In this document: piece by piece, positions 36,681 through 50,033 of the stretch
Position numbering within the stretch: position 1 is the stretch's first letter
Layout of the letters: the number at the start of each line of letters is the position of its first letter
Assembly: GCF_963921235.1 (NCBI RefSeq)
Contig: NC_086097.1
Span: forward strand, 250,482,001-250,546,000
DNA from: Mobula hypostoma
Lineage: Eukaryota
Reading direction: 5' to 3'
DNA: 64,000 nt
Notes under the pieces: model-generated
Told to the model about the DNA's origin: nothing
What the model saw: only the letters and a program-made list of their open reading frames with translations
Database searches by the model: none
Position numbers and translations under genes: made by a program

Positions 36681-37372
36681 CTATGGAAATGAATGAACAA
36701 TTGACATTTTGGGCCAAGACCCTTCTTCAGGGCTGGAAAGGAAGTTGGGGAGGGGCAGAAATCAGAATGAAAAGGTGAGATCCCTGAAGGTAGATGCTGC
36801 TTTCCTGTGGCAACACTCCAGTGATGGACTGGGTGTATCCACTACTTTTTCTGTTCAAGGATATTAGTGTTTCCATACACGACTGTGATGCAGCTGATCA
36901 ATACACTCTCCACCACATCATCTATGGAAATTTGTCGAAGTTTTAGATGTCATGCTGAATCTTTGCAAACTCCAAAGGAACTAAAGGCACTGTCGTGCTT
37001 TCTTCGTAATTGCACTTATGTGCTGGGCTGAGGACAGGTCCTCTGAGATAGTAACATGGGTGAATTTAAAGTTGCTGACCCTCCCCACCTCTGATCCTCC
37101 AATGAGGATTGACTCGTGCAGCTCTGAGTTATTTCTCTTGAAGTCAATAATCAGCTTCTTGGTCTTGCTGTTAGTAACTGAGAGGTCATTGTTAGATTAG
37201 ATTAGATTCAACTTGGTTGTCATTGTGCTGAGTACAGATACAAAGCCAATGAAATGCGGTTAGCATCTAACCAGAAATGCAAAGAATAGTGTTATTTACA
37301 AAATAACTGCGAATAAAAAGTAAGTGCTACAGCACACAAATATAGAAGTACTGAGACAGTACAATATGGGTG

Positions 37373-38041
37373 TGTAGCCCCCCTGGCCAGCCTCAGAGTC
37401 GCTCGGCCCACTGTCGTCTAGGAAAACAGCCCTCGGCCCACCAAACTGGGTAATTAGTTTGTGTGGATGCTGTGTGATGTACCCCACCCCGCCCAAATAA
37501 CAGACAATACACCAGATACGGTTAAATGATTTACAGTTTATAGATATTACTGGAACTATATAATTAATAGAGAATAAAATATAAAAGGAAAATCAAAGGC
37601 GCCACACTTATCAAAGTTCAATCTCTTTGTGCTCAAACAGTTGGAGCTCAGGACCCTTCTTCTTCACCCTGTGACCCCTCGGACCACCTCGACCGGCTGC
37701 CTGGGACCAACAATGGTGGTCGACCAGACACTCCACATGAGCCCGTCTCCGTCTCCTCTCCTCGCTGAACGCCCCGCTCAGGGTCCGACCCCGGTAGCGG
37801 ACTCACAGCACCTGGTCCATCCTCTGTCTCTCTCTCTCCTGCCTTCTGCCCCAAAACCCCGCACATACAATATCTTACAAATACACCAAAAACATAACAA
37901 CTATCGCAATTGGTTCATAACATCTTCTTATCAGTAACGTGATTCAAACAAACTGCTAGCGGGAAGGACTTTCTCAGCAGTTAACATAACAGAGAAGCCA
38001 TTTTAATTAGACTACGCAGTGACATAAAAAAAACCCTTATA
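37373..38041. mobile_element. Solo LTR (669 bp), 4-bp TSD GGTG
   Basis: TG...TA (CA mutated); GGTG at 37369-37372 and 38042-38045; same family as 11033-11678. Confidence 0.8.
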
Positions 38042-39237
38042 GGTGTAACACTGCTTAGCGCTGTGATGTGAGGTTCAGCAGTGTCACAGCCTCAGGGAAG
38101 AAGCTCTTCCTGTGCCTGCTGGTGCGGGAGCGGAGGCTCCTGTAGTGCCTACCGGATGAGAGGAGAGTTAAAAAGTCCATGGTTAGGGTGAGATGCATCC
38201 TTGATAATGCTTTTCGCCCTGCCCAGGCAGCGTTTATGGTAGATGTTCTCAATGGTGGGCAATTGTGTGCCGATAATCCACTGGGCAGTTTTCACCACAC
38301 GCTGGAGTGCTTATGGCACCACTCAGCCTGGTTTTCAGTCTCCTTCCCATATGCTGATCCATCACCACCTTTGATTCGGCCTACAACAGTGGCTTTGCCA
38401 GCAAGCTTGAATGTGGCATTGCAGCTGTGGTTAGCCTCACAGTCATAAGTGCTGGAACAGAGGACATACAACATACAACATCGAACAGTACAGCACAGGA
38501 ACAGGCCCTTCAGCCCACAATGCTGTGCTGAACCAATTAAATTTGCATAATTAATTAACATTCATTTAAAACAATTTGGTATGCAAAGCCTCACTGCCTA
38601 GGATTAATAGGTGGGAAATGAGTCTGCTGTGACTGTTGAGATCATGTTTCTGCACGCTGACGTTTGACCCAGTGGGACCTTCATCGCCGTCAACAAACTA
38701 CAAATGGCAGGCAAAGTGGAAACTCGTGACCTGACCCTGGGAAAAAGCCAAAAACTAATTCTGTCAAGAATATAGCTGTTCGCTCTTTGGATTGATGGAT
38801 ATTTTGTCAGATCACTCACTTCATCCCTTGTTTAGTTTGATCTTCCTGTATTGCTCTTGGCTGCATTCAAAAAATTATATAAAAATTATGAATTTTATTT
38901 TTCTATATATATTTCTGCTTCTGGGACAGGCTTGCCAAGCTTTTAGTGTGGCATCTCATTGTTCTTACTTTAACTTTAATCATGTTTGCATTTATAACTT
39001 TTTCTTATTGTTCTGCCTTCACTCCTGTCTTCCCATCTGCAGAAGACAAAGAGGTCCAAGAATGAAAATTAAAATTATATTAGACTGCAAATGATTTTTA
39101 TGTATTGTGCACATTTTATTCTACATCTGTACTTAAAGCTTTAGTGTTCTTTTTATATAATGTTATTCTTTATAATTGTTGAATGTTGTAGTGTTTGTTA
39201 CATGTCATGCCAACACACCACAACAAATTCCTAATAT

Positions 39238-39389
39238 GCAAACATGAGGAAATCTGCAGATGCTGGAAATTCAAGCAACACACACAAAATGCTGGTGGAA
39301 CGCCAGACAGCATCCATAGGAAGAAGCACAGTCGACGTTTCGGGCCGAGACCCTTTGTCAGGACTAACTGAAAGAAGAGATAGTAAGAG
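39238..39389 (-). mobile_element. Short Penelope-like element end with 11-bp TSD
   Basis: ATTCCTAATAT at 39227-39237 and 39390-39400; contains hammerhead variant AGTC-CTGACAA-AGGGTCTCGGCCC-GAAACGTC-GACT. Confidence 0.8.
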
Positions 39390-39399
39390 ATTCCTAATA

Positions 39400-40257
39400 T
39401 AATGGATTCCCCTTGTTTGTTTATCTATCTGTTTGAGTGACTATTCATTTATGTACGTATGTATCCGTGTATCTATCTATTTATTTTAAAACTTCATTAA
39501 ATTTTAAAATTTTCTTTTTTTTAATTTTCCAGTTAATTGGGACACATCAGGACCAGTACATTTTGGCCCAGTTAAGTAGCTGCCCTGATTGAGGTTAGCA
39601 TAACGCTTTACAGCACCAGTGACTCAGGTTCATTTCCCACCGCTGTCTATGAGGAGTTTGTACATTCTTCCCGTGAACTCGTGGATTTTCTCCGGGTGCT
39701 CTGGCTTCCTCCCACAGTCCAAAGACGTACCAGTCGGTAGGTTAATTGGTCACTGTAAATGGTCCTGTGGTTAGGCTAGGGTTAAATCAGGGGATTGGTT
39801 GACAGTACAGCTCGAAGGGCCGAAAGGCCGATTCTGTGCTGTTTCTCAGTGAATAAATAAGCTGAAGTTTTCTAGAAATAGTTAAAGAGGTATAAAAAGA
39901 CAAACTACTGTTTAACTGAGTAAAAAATTATGTATTTAAATGAAATACAAACCATGAAAGAACACTACCAATGCTACTAGAGTACGATAAAACTGTGTAT
40001 TAGTTCTGAATAGTTATTGAGTTGTGCTTTTTGAACACAGACACACTATAGAAACAGCTCACTCTATGCGCAGTGTAGTCTAATGGCCACACAAGTGCAC
40101 GTGACTGACGAACTGCTCAGCAACAGTCTCCTGCCCCAATTAAGAGGCATAGTGTCCCAGATAAATGAAGGGAATCCCGGCTATTTTCTCGATTAGTTCT
40201 TGGTCTTTAAGAGTTGTCCCAAATAAGTGGCTGCCCAGAATAACCGGAATGCACTGC
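39400..40257. mobile_element. Tigger-type MITE with nested V-SINE (about 39590-39860) and simple repeat
   Basis: Degenerate termini (..TGGATTCC / CCAGTTAATTGGG versus TAACCGGAATGCACTG); V-domain core at about 39680-39725. Confidence 0.5.
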
Positions 40258-41137
40258 AGATGTAAATGTATTTACCAAATAAAGTTGATCTTTGATTCTT
40301 TATCCTTGATGAGCAAAGACAGTGTGGAAAGCGAGATTAAGACAAGCAGGACTGGAGGTATAAAATTACGTGGGCAGCACAGTAGCACAACGCTTCACAG
40401 TACTGTACCAGTGACCTGGGTTCAATTCCCGTTGCTGTCTGTAAGATGTTTGTACGTTCTCCCTGTGCCCTCGTGGGTTTCCTCCCACAGTCCAACGATG
40501 TACTGGTTAGTAGATTAATCGGTTAATTGGTAGATTAATTGATTAGGCTGGCGTTAAATCGGTAGGAAGCTTGGCGGCGCGGTTCATTGGGCTGAAAGGG
40601 CCTGTTCCACACTGTATCTCTAAAGTAAAATAAAATATAAATCTGCATTTTGTTTTATTTTTATTTTTATGTGGCCACTCCACCCAAGGTTGTACGTCCT
40701 CCCCGTAAGGGCATGGGGTTTCCTACAGTTTCCTCCCACAGTCCAAAGACGTACCAGTTAGTAAGAGAAAACCTGCAGATCTTGAAATCTGAGCAACACA
40801 CTAAATTGCTGGAGGAACTCAGCAGGTCAGGCAGCATTTATGGAAAAGAGTACAGTTGACATTTTGGGCTGAGACCCTTCAGCAAACTGGAGAGAAAAAG
40901 ATGAGGAGTAGATTTAAAACGTGGGAGGAGGGGAGAGATATAAAGTGATAGGTGAAATCGGGAGGCGGAGGGATGAAGCAAAGAGCTGGAAAGTAGATTG
41001 GTGAAAGAGATATAGGGCTGGAGAAAGGGGAAACTAATAGGAGAGGACAGAAGGTCGTGGAAGAAAGAAAAGGGGGGAGAAGCACCAGAGGAAGGCAATG
41101 CACAGGTAAGGAGATAAGGTGATAGAGGGAAAGGGAA

Positions 41138-44100
41138 TAGAACATAGAAATTTGCAGCACATTACAGGCCCTTCGGCCCACAATGTTGTGCTGACCAGAT
41201 AACCTACACTAGAGACTGCCTAGAATTTCCCTAGCGCATAGTCCTCTGTTTTTCTGAGCTCCGTGTACCTATCTAAGAGACTCTTAAAAGACCCTATTGT
41301 ATCCGCCTCTACTGCCATCACCAGCCCCCCATTCCACACACACACCACCCTCTGCGTAAAGAACTTACTCCTGACTCCTCCTCTGTACCTACTTCCAAGC
41401 ACCTTAAAACTGTGGCCTCTCGTGTTAGCCATTTCAGCCCTGGGAGAAAGCCTCTGGCTATCCACACGATCAATGCCTCTCGTCATCTTATACACCTCTA
41501 TCGGGTCAACTCTCACCTTCTGTTGCTCCAAGGAGAAAAGGCCGAGTTCACTCATTCTTATAAGGTGCACTCTCCACTCCAGGCAACATTCTTGTAAATC
41601 TCCCCTGCCCTCTGTCTATAGTATCCACATCCTTCCTGTAGTGAGGTGACCAGAACTGAACACAGTACTCCAGGTGGGGACTCACTAAGCTCTTTTATAG
41701 CTGTAACATTACTTCCTGTCTCCTAAACTCAGTCACACGGTTGATGAAGGCCAACACACCATATGCCTTCTTAACGACACAGACCCCAAGATCTCTCAGA
41801 TCCTCCACACTGCCAAGGATCTTACCATTTATATTATATTCTGTCTTCAAATTGGACCTACCAAAATGAAACACCTCACACTTATCTGGGTTGAACTCCA
41901 TCTGCCACTTCTCAGCCCAGTTTTGCATTCTATCTATGTCCCACTGTAACCTCTGACAGCCCTCCACACTACCCACAACACCTCCAACCTTTGTGTCATC
42001 AGCAAACTGACTAACCTACCCTTCTACTTCTTCATCCAGGTTATTTATAAAAATCACAAAGAGGAGGGGTCCCAGAACAGATCCCTGAGGCACACCACTG
42101 GTGACTGACCTCCATGCAGAATATAAACCATCTACAACCACTCTTTCCCTTCTGTGGGCAAGCTAATTCTCGATTCACAAAGCAAGGTCTCCTTGGATAC
42201 CATGCTTCCTTACCTTCTGAATGAGCCTTGCATGGGGAACCTTATCTGAATTCCATATACACTACATCCGCTGCTCTACCGTCATCAATGTGTTTTGTTA
42301 CATTCTCAAAGAATTCAATCAAGCTTGTAAGGCATGATCTGCCCTTGACAAAGCCATGCCAACTATTCCTAATCAGATTATGTCTCTCCAAATGCTCATA
42401 AATCCTGCCTCTCAGGATCTTCTCCAACAACTTGCCCACCACTGAAGTCAGACTCACTGGTCTATAATTTCCTGTGTTATCTCTACTCCCTTTCTTGAAC
42501 AAGGGAACAACATTTCCAACCCTCCAATCCTCTGGTATTTCTCCCATCCCTGTTGATGATGCGAAGATCATCGCAAGAGGCTCAGCAATGTCCTCCTTTG
42601 CTACCCACAGTAGCCTGGGATACATCTCATCCGGTCCCAGTGACTTGTCTAACTTAATGCTTTTCAAAAGCTCTAGCACATCCTCTTTCTTAATGCTACA
42701 TGCTCAAGCGTTTCAGTCCGCTGTAAGTCATCTCCACAATTGCCAAGGTCTTTTTCCCTGGTGAATACTGACAGAAAGTACCTTCTCTACTTCCTCCGAC
42801 TCCATGCACACGTTTCCACTACCACACCTGACTGGTCCTATTCTCACATGGCTCATTCTCTTGCTCTTCACATACCTGTAGAATGCCTTGGGGTATTCCT
42901 TAATCCTGCTCACCAATGCCTTCTCGTGGCCCCTTCTGGCTCTCCTAAATCCATTCTTAAGCTCCTTTCTAGCAACTTTGTAATTTTCTAGAGCTCTAAC
43001 AGTACCTAGTTTCTTGAACCTTTCGTAAGCTTTTTTTTCTTCTTAACTAGATTTTCTACATACTTTGTACACATGATTCTTTAACTCTGCCATCCTTTCC
43101 CTGCCTCAATGGAACATAATTATGCAGAACTCCATGGAAATGTTCCCTGAACATTTGCCACATTTCTGCCGTGTATTTCCCCGAGAACATCTGCTCTCAA
43201 TTAATAATCCCAAGTTCCTGCCTAATAGCACCATATTTCCCCCTACCCCAATTAAATGTTTTCCCAAATTGTCTTCTCCTATCTCTCTCCAGCGCTATAG
43301 TGAATGAGTTAGAGTTGTGGTCAGTACCTCCAAAATGTTCTCCAACCGAGAGACCTGACCAGGTTCATTTCCCAATACCAGATCAAATACCACCTCTCCT
43401 CTAGTTGACTTATCTACATATTGTGTCAGGAAACCTTCCTGAACACACCTAACAAACTCCACCCCATCTAAACCCCTCACTCGAGGGAGATGTCAGTCAA
43501 TATTAGGAAAGTTAAAATCTCCCATCACAACAACCCTATTATTATTGCACTATTCCAGAATCTGCCTCCCTACCTGCTCCTCGATGTCCCTGGTACTATG
43601 GGGGGGGGTCTATAAAAACACCCAGTAGAGTTATTGCCCCTTTCCTGTTTCTGACTTCCACCCACACTGATTTAGTAGACCATCCCTCCATGACTTCCTC
43701 CTTTCCTGCAGCTGTGACACTCTCCCTAATCAGCAATGCCATGTCCCCACCTCTTTTGCCTCCCCCTCTGTTCTTTTTGAAACATCTAAAGCCTGGCACA
43801 GTCAGCAGCCATTCCTGCTCCTGAGACATTCCAAGACTCTGTAATGGCCACAATGTCACAGTTCCATGTATTGATCCACGATCGAAGTTCATCCACCTTG
43901 TTTTATGATACTCCTTGCATTAAAATAGACACATCTCAAACCATCAGACTGAGTGCATCTTTGCTCTACCATCTGCCTATCCTTCCTCACAAACTCCCTA
44001 CAAACTGTCTCTACTTGTGCTCCAACCTCCCCATCCTCTGCCTCTTCACTTCTGTTCCCACCCCCCTGCAAATATAGTTTAAACCCTCCCCAATAGCATT

Positions 44101-44990
44101 AGCAAACCACCCCACCAGGATATTGATTGCCCCTCAGATTCAAGTGCAACCTGTGTACAGGTCACACCTGCCCCAGAAGAGGTCCCAATGATCCAAAAAT
44201 CTGAATCCCTGCCCCCCGCTCCAATCCTTCAGCCACGCATTTATCCTCCACCTCACTCTATTCCTATACTCACTGTCACGTGGCACAGGCAGTAATCCTG
44301 AGATTACTATCTTTGAGGTCCTGCTTCTCAGCTTCCTTCCTAACTTCCTGTATTCTGCTTTCAGGACCTCCTCCCCTTTCCTACCTAGGTCATTGGTAGC
44401 AATATGTACCACGACCTCTGGCTGCTCACCCGTTCCCCGCCCCCCCCGGCATTTCAGGATACTGTGGATGCATTCAGAAACGTCACAAACTCTGGCACCT
44501 GGGAGGCAAACTACCATCCTTGTTTCTTTGCCGCGTCCATAGAATTGCCTATCTGTCCCCCTAACTACAGAGTCCCCCGTTACTGCTGCCCTCCTCTTCC
44601 ATTCCCTACCCTTCTGAGCAACGGGGCCAGAGACATGGCCACTGTTGCTTCCCCCAGGTAGGTCCCCCCCCCCCCAACAGCACTCAAAATGGAGTACTTA
44701 TTGTTAAGGGGGGCAGCCACTACCTGACGCCCTTCCTTCCCTCTCCGGACGGTCACCTACTTATCAGTCTCCTGCGGCCCCGGGGTGACTGTCTGCCCGT
44801 AGCTCCTGTCTATCTCACTCTCCCTAACAAGCCAAAGGACATCGAGCTGCAGCTCCAGTTCCCGAACTTGATGCACCTGGCGCAGATGTGGCCATCAGGG
44901 AGGCTGAAGTCTCCTGGACACCCCACATCTGACACCCAGAACAGAAAACTGGCCTCGCAGTCATACCCACTATTCTAATGTGCCGAGCCC
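41138..44990 (-). mobile_element. Near full-length decayed CR1 LINE (ORF1 SGNH esterase; ORF2 APE and RT)
   Basis: ORF1 VVCLPGARV..VVHIATNDLGRK..ISGLLPVPR; ORF2 CVYFNARSI, KRGG, NYRPVSLTSVVGK, WQMEFNPDKC. Confidence 0.9.
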
Positions 44991-45078
44991 CACGAAACGT
45001 TCTTTTTTTAAACTTTTCTCCCCGACCTGTATGAAGTTCTCTCTCTCTCTCTATGAATCGATTGGTCTACCGCTAATG

Positions 45079-45505
45079 CTATGGGGAATAGTGAAAGTGG
45101 GGAGGGCATAACCAGAAATTAGAGAAGTCGATGTTCATGCTATCAGGTTGGAGGCTACCCAAAAGGAATATAATGTGTTGCTCCTCCAACCCGAGTGTGG
45201 CCTCATCGTGACAGTAGAGGAGGCCATGGATGGACATACCGGAATGGGAATGGGAAGTGGAAATAAAATGTGTGGCTACTGGGAGATCCCACTTGTTCTG
45301 GCGGATGGAGCGTAGGTGCTCACCGAAGTGGTCTCCCAATCTATGCTGAGTCTCACTGATATACAGGAGGCCACACCGGGAGCACCAGGCACGGTACATG
45401 ACCCCAACAGTCACAGGCGAAGTGAGGGAGGAGGTGTAGGGGCAGGTGTAGACCTTGTTCCACTTGCAAGGATAAGTGCCAGGAGGGAGATCAGTGGGGA
45501 GAGAG
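45079..45505 (-). mobile_element. Penelope-like (Neptune-type) GIY-YIG endonuclease fragment
   Basis: PGTYPCK..TCPY linker; GVMY..CSRCGLLYISET..RLGDHFGEH..PVATHF..LEEQHIIFLLGSLQP. Confidence 0.85.
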
Positions 45506-46344
45506 ATTACTCGGTAATTGGTCATTGTAATTTGTGCTGTGGTTCAGTCCGGGCAGTGTTGGACGCCGTGTCTCGAAGGACTGCAAGGGCCTATTCCATT
45601 CTTTATCTCAGTAAATAAATAAATACTCAGCACATCAGACAACTTCTGTATATAAAAAACCAGAATCATTGAATTGATGTTCAGATCTAAGATCTTTTTT
45701 GTTTCTCCAGACTTGCCAACAAGATCCATTTTTGCTCCCTGTAGTAAAGGCCTCAGTTTCATTCATTGCTCACCAATGATGGGACCCCAAACACTGTATC
45801 TCAATAAATAAGTAAATGAATTAACATTGCCATTATGTCTCCGAACAACAGCACCAAATGTGTTTAGTGAGCCTGAAGAGTACCAAGAAGCAGTTCCAGT
45901 ACAGAAGCGTCAGCAATTCATCAGTATGGAGCAAACTGTGTCAACTTGAAATGTCTCCCGTGACCCATTACACAACGCTGACATCTTAGTTCTTAACCCG
46001 AGGTTCTCAGCCTTAAATGTCAACTGTTTATTCATTTTTGTAAATGCTGCCTGACCTGCTGAGTTCCTCCAGCATTTTGTGTATGTTGCTCTGGATTTCC
46101 AGCATCTGCAGAATCTCCTGTGTTTATCCTCTTCACCCTCAGCTGCTTATTGTCTTTCATCCAGCTTTTCATTGCTGCTATTTGTCCTTAAATAGCTGTC
46201 AAAATTGACAGATCATATATCTCACAGCACCCATAAAACATATACCGAGCAGCCACTTGTGGGGGCTCTGTCCTTAATTGCTGAAAGTGCATACCAGAAT
46301 CATTTATCACCTAAGTATTCTCAGCACTGCTCACAAGTAATTAC

Positions 46345-46865
46345 GGAATGCCGAAAATGGGACTTCCCAGTAGCCAAACATTTCAATTCCGACTTTCCTT
46401 CCTGTTCTGACAAGTCGGGCCATGGGCTCCCCATGTGCCAAGATGAAGGAGCAACAACTTATATTTCACCCGGTCTCCTGCAATCTGATGGCACGATATC
46501 AATTTCTCCTTCTAGTAAAACAATGTTTCCCTTGCCACCCCCCCCCTTCTTCTGTTCCCCACTCTGGCCTCTTATCCCTTCTCAACTGCCTATCACCTCC
46601 CCCGGGTCCCCTCCTCTACTATCAGATTCCTTCTCCTTCAGTGCTTTACCCTTCCCACCCACCTGGCTTCACCTATCTCATTCCAGCTAGTTCTCCTTTC
46701 CCTCGCCCCAGCTTTTTAATCTGGTGTCTTCTCCCTTCCTTTTCAGTCCTGAGGAAGAGTCTCTGGCCGAAACGTCAACTGTTTATTCATTTCCTGACCT
46801 GCTGAGTTCCTCCAGCATTTTGAGTGTGTTGCTCTGGATTTCCAGCGTCTGCACAATCTGTTGTG
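46345..46865 (+). mobile_element. Penelope-like element 3' end with degenerate hammerhead
   Basis: DFPVAKHFNS; CAGTC-CTGAGGA..GAAACGTC-AACTG at 46744-46781. Confidence 0.7.
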
Positions 46866-47256
46866 TTGATGAATCACGGTGACTACCTCTCCACTTAAGG
46901 CATTAAAAGAAACATTTGCTTGCGTTCAATAGAAAGTGTTTCTGTGATACAAATTACAGCTATTAAAACATGGATATTTATTACTTGTTTAAACACGTGG
47001 TTCCATGGGATATTTCTGGTTTGAGATAATCCGTGTTCTTAGGATAAGCCAGTGTCGTTGGTAAAAACATTTCAATATGATGACTTCATGTGGTTTCCAT
47101 AACTTGTTGAGGGATTGGGAGGAGGTTGTTTTGTAGATATGATTGAAATTATACAGCACACTTTTATAGTTAATTTTCTGTTTGTTTTTGGCGGTGGTAT
47201 TGCTTTCAGGGTGGCTACCCACAGGTTAAAAGTTCATAAGTGGGTGTATAGGGTGA

Positions 47257-49610
47257 TCAGGGAGAGTAGCACCTCTGGTGAGGGGGCTTGTCGTGTCCAT
47301 TCCAGGGCAGCTCACTCTCCTTTGGTCCCCACTGGATACTCAGCTCTCAGCTGTGGCTCCAAGTAGCAGTCTGCATTCAACAGCGGCCGCCCCGGTCAGT
47401 ACATCTCTCTGACAGCGGGCACGCCCTGGTCGGTACATCGCTCTGACAGTGGGCACGCCCCGGTCGGTACATCGCACTGACAGCGGGCACGCCCCGGTCG
47501 GTACATCGCTCTGACAGCGGGCACGCCCCGGTTGGTACATCGCACTGACAGCGGGCACGCCCCGGTCGGTACATCGTTCTGACAGCGGGCACGCCCCGGT
47601 CGGTACATCGCACCGACAGCCGGCACGCCCCGGTCGGTACATCGCTCTGACAGCGGGCACGCCCCGGTTGGTACATCGCACTGACAGCGGGCACAGCCCG
47701 GTCGGTACGTCGCTCTGACAGCAGGCACACCCCGGTAGGTACAGCATTCTGACAGCGGGCACACCCCGGCAGGTACATCACTCTGACAGCGGGCACACCC
47801 CGGTAGGTACATCGCTCTGACAGCGGGCACACCCTGGTAGGTACATCGCTCTGACAGCGGGCACACCCCGGTCGGTACATCGCTCTGACAGTAGGCACAC
47901 CCCGGTCGGTACATCGCTCTGACAGCGGGCACGCCCCGGTTGGTACATCGCTCCGACAGAGGGCACACCCCGGTCGGTACACCGCTCTGACAGCAGGCAC
48001 ACTCCGGTCAGTACACTACTTTGGCAGCGGGCACACCCCGGTCGGTACAGCATTCTGACAGCGGGCACACCTCGATCAGTACACTGCTTTGGCAGCGGGC
48101 ACACCCCAGTAGGTACACCGTTTGGCAGCGGGCACACCCCGGTCGGTACACCACTTTGGCAGCGGGCACACCCCGGTCGGTACACCACTTTGGCAGCGGG
48201 CACACCCCGGTCAGTACAGTATTCTGACAGCGGGCACACCCCGTTAGGTACACCGCTGTCACAGCAGGCACACCCCATTAGGTACACCACTTTGGCAGCA
48301 GGCACACCCCGGTCGGTACATCGCTCTGACAGCGGGCACACCCTGGTAGGTACACCACTCTCACAGCGGGCACACCCTGTTAGGTACACCGCTCTCACAG
48401 CGGGCACACCCCATTAGGTACACCACTTTGGCAGCGGGCACACCCCGGTTGGTACATCGCTCTGACAGTGGGCACACCCTGGCAGGTACATCGCTCTGAC
48501 AGCGGGCACACCCCAGTAGGTACATCACTCTCACAGCGGGCACACCCTGGTAGGTACATAGCTCTGACAGCGGGCACACCCCGGTCAGTACACCACTTTG
48601 GCAGCGGGCACACCCCGGTTGGTACAGCATTCTGACAGCGGGCACACCCTGGCAGGTACATCACTCTGACAGCGGGCCACCCCGTTAGGTACACTGCTCT
48701 CACAGCAGGCACACCCCATTAGGTACACCACTTTGGCAGCGGGCACACCCCGGTTGGTACAGCATTCTGACAGCGGGCACACCCTGGCAGGTACATCACT
48801 CTGACAGCGGGCCACCCCATTAGGTACACTGCTCTCACAGCAGGCACACCCCATTAGGTACACCACTTTGGCAGCGGGCACACCCCGGTCGGTACATCGC
48901 TCTGACAGCGGGCACTCCCTGGTAGGTACACCACTCTCACAGCGGGCACACCCCATTAGGTACACCGCTCTCACAGTTGGCACACCCCGTTAGGTACACC
49001 GCTCTCACAGCGGGCACACCTCTGTAGGTACACCACTTTGGCAGTGGGCACACCCCGGTCGGTACATCGCTCTCACAGCGGGCACACCCCGGTCGGTACA
49101 CCACTCTCGCAGCAGGCACACCCGGGTCGGTACATCGCTCTCACAGCGGGCACACCCCAGTCGGTACACCACTCTCGCAGCGGGCACACCCCGGTCAGTA
49201 CACCGCTCTCACAGCGGGCACACCCCAGTAGGTACACCACTCTCGCAGCGGGCACACCCCGGTCAGTACACCGCTCTCACAGCGGGCACACCCCGGTAGG
49301 TACACCGCTCTCACAGCGGGCACACCCCGGTCGGTACATCGCTCTCACAGCGGGCACACCCCGGTAGGTACACCGCTCTCATAGCGGGCCTCATACCCCA
49401 GTGAGATAGGGACATGTCTGTCCAAGCACTTGAAGTCAGCTCCTGCAGACTGGGTGGATGAGATCAACAGTGAGACCTGTTGGCCAGGAAGGTGGTTTGT
49501 GATGGCTGCAAGTATCTCTGAACCTGGACCTTCAAGGTCAAGAGAGTGGAACTGACCCATGGCTTTTCCACTTTAAAAGCTCTCCCTCTCCGGTTTCCTG
49601 TCATTGGTAG
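47257..49610 (+). mobile_element. RTE-derived non-autonomous element containing an expanded minisatellite
   Basis: Head CACCTCTGGTGAGGGGGCTTG resembles RTE 5' ends; non-tandem sequence on both sides of the array. Confidence 0.5.
47380..49389 (+). repeat. GC-rich 34-bp minisatellite, about 59 units
   Basis: Unit GACAGCGGGCACACCCCGGTCGGTACATCGCTCT repeated head-to-tail without spacers. Confidence 0.97.
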
Positions 49611-49689
49611 ATATGACGGACAACCAACAATAGTAGTGTGATCACTCAGGTTGAATATGATGTTAAGTAAGCGGTTGTCCCCTTATGAG

Positions 49690-50033
49690 AGAACGCCTAT
49701 GCATAGCTTTGTTTAACGTGGGGAGCCTAATCCGCGGGCAGCCACCGCACGGTCCTTGACAGATCAGGGTCAGGGTCCAATGTCACGGAATGCAAGATGA
49801 CTGGGGACCCTTCACTGCTGAAGCCTTCCTCCACCTTCTCTGCCATTGTGATAAGACCATCATCTTCCACCGGCTCCGCTGCCGAGGTTTTGACTGGATC
49901 ACTGTTTGTCTGGAGCCACCATCTTGACCTTCCCACCGTGGGTGACCCTAACCCAGGAGCTAAGCTCCAGGCAGTGTCACTCCGGAAATCACAAGCCCCT
50001 CCACCACAACAAAGTGACGATCCTCAGAGAGGT
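49690..50033 (-). mobile_element. RTE/Expander-derived short non-autonomous element
   Basis: 5' end GTCACTTTGTTGTGGTGGAGGGGCTTG..AGGGTCACCCA resembles RTE-clade 5' UTRs. Confidence 0.55.

Noticed and set aside
47380..49389. CRISPR-like array, or Cys/Arg/Pro-rich repeat proteins from the many overlapping ORFs
   Set aside because: Units are contiguous with no unique spacers and no cas genes; the 34-bp period cycles through all frames, so the ORFs are artefacts
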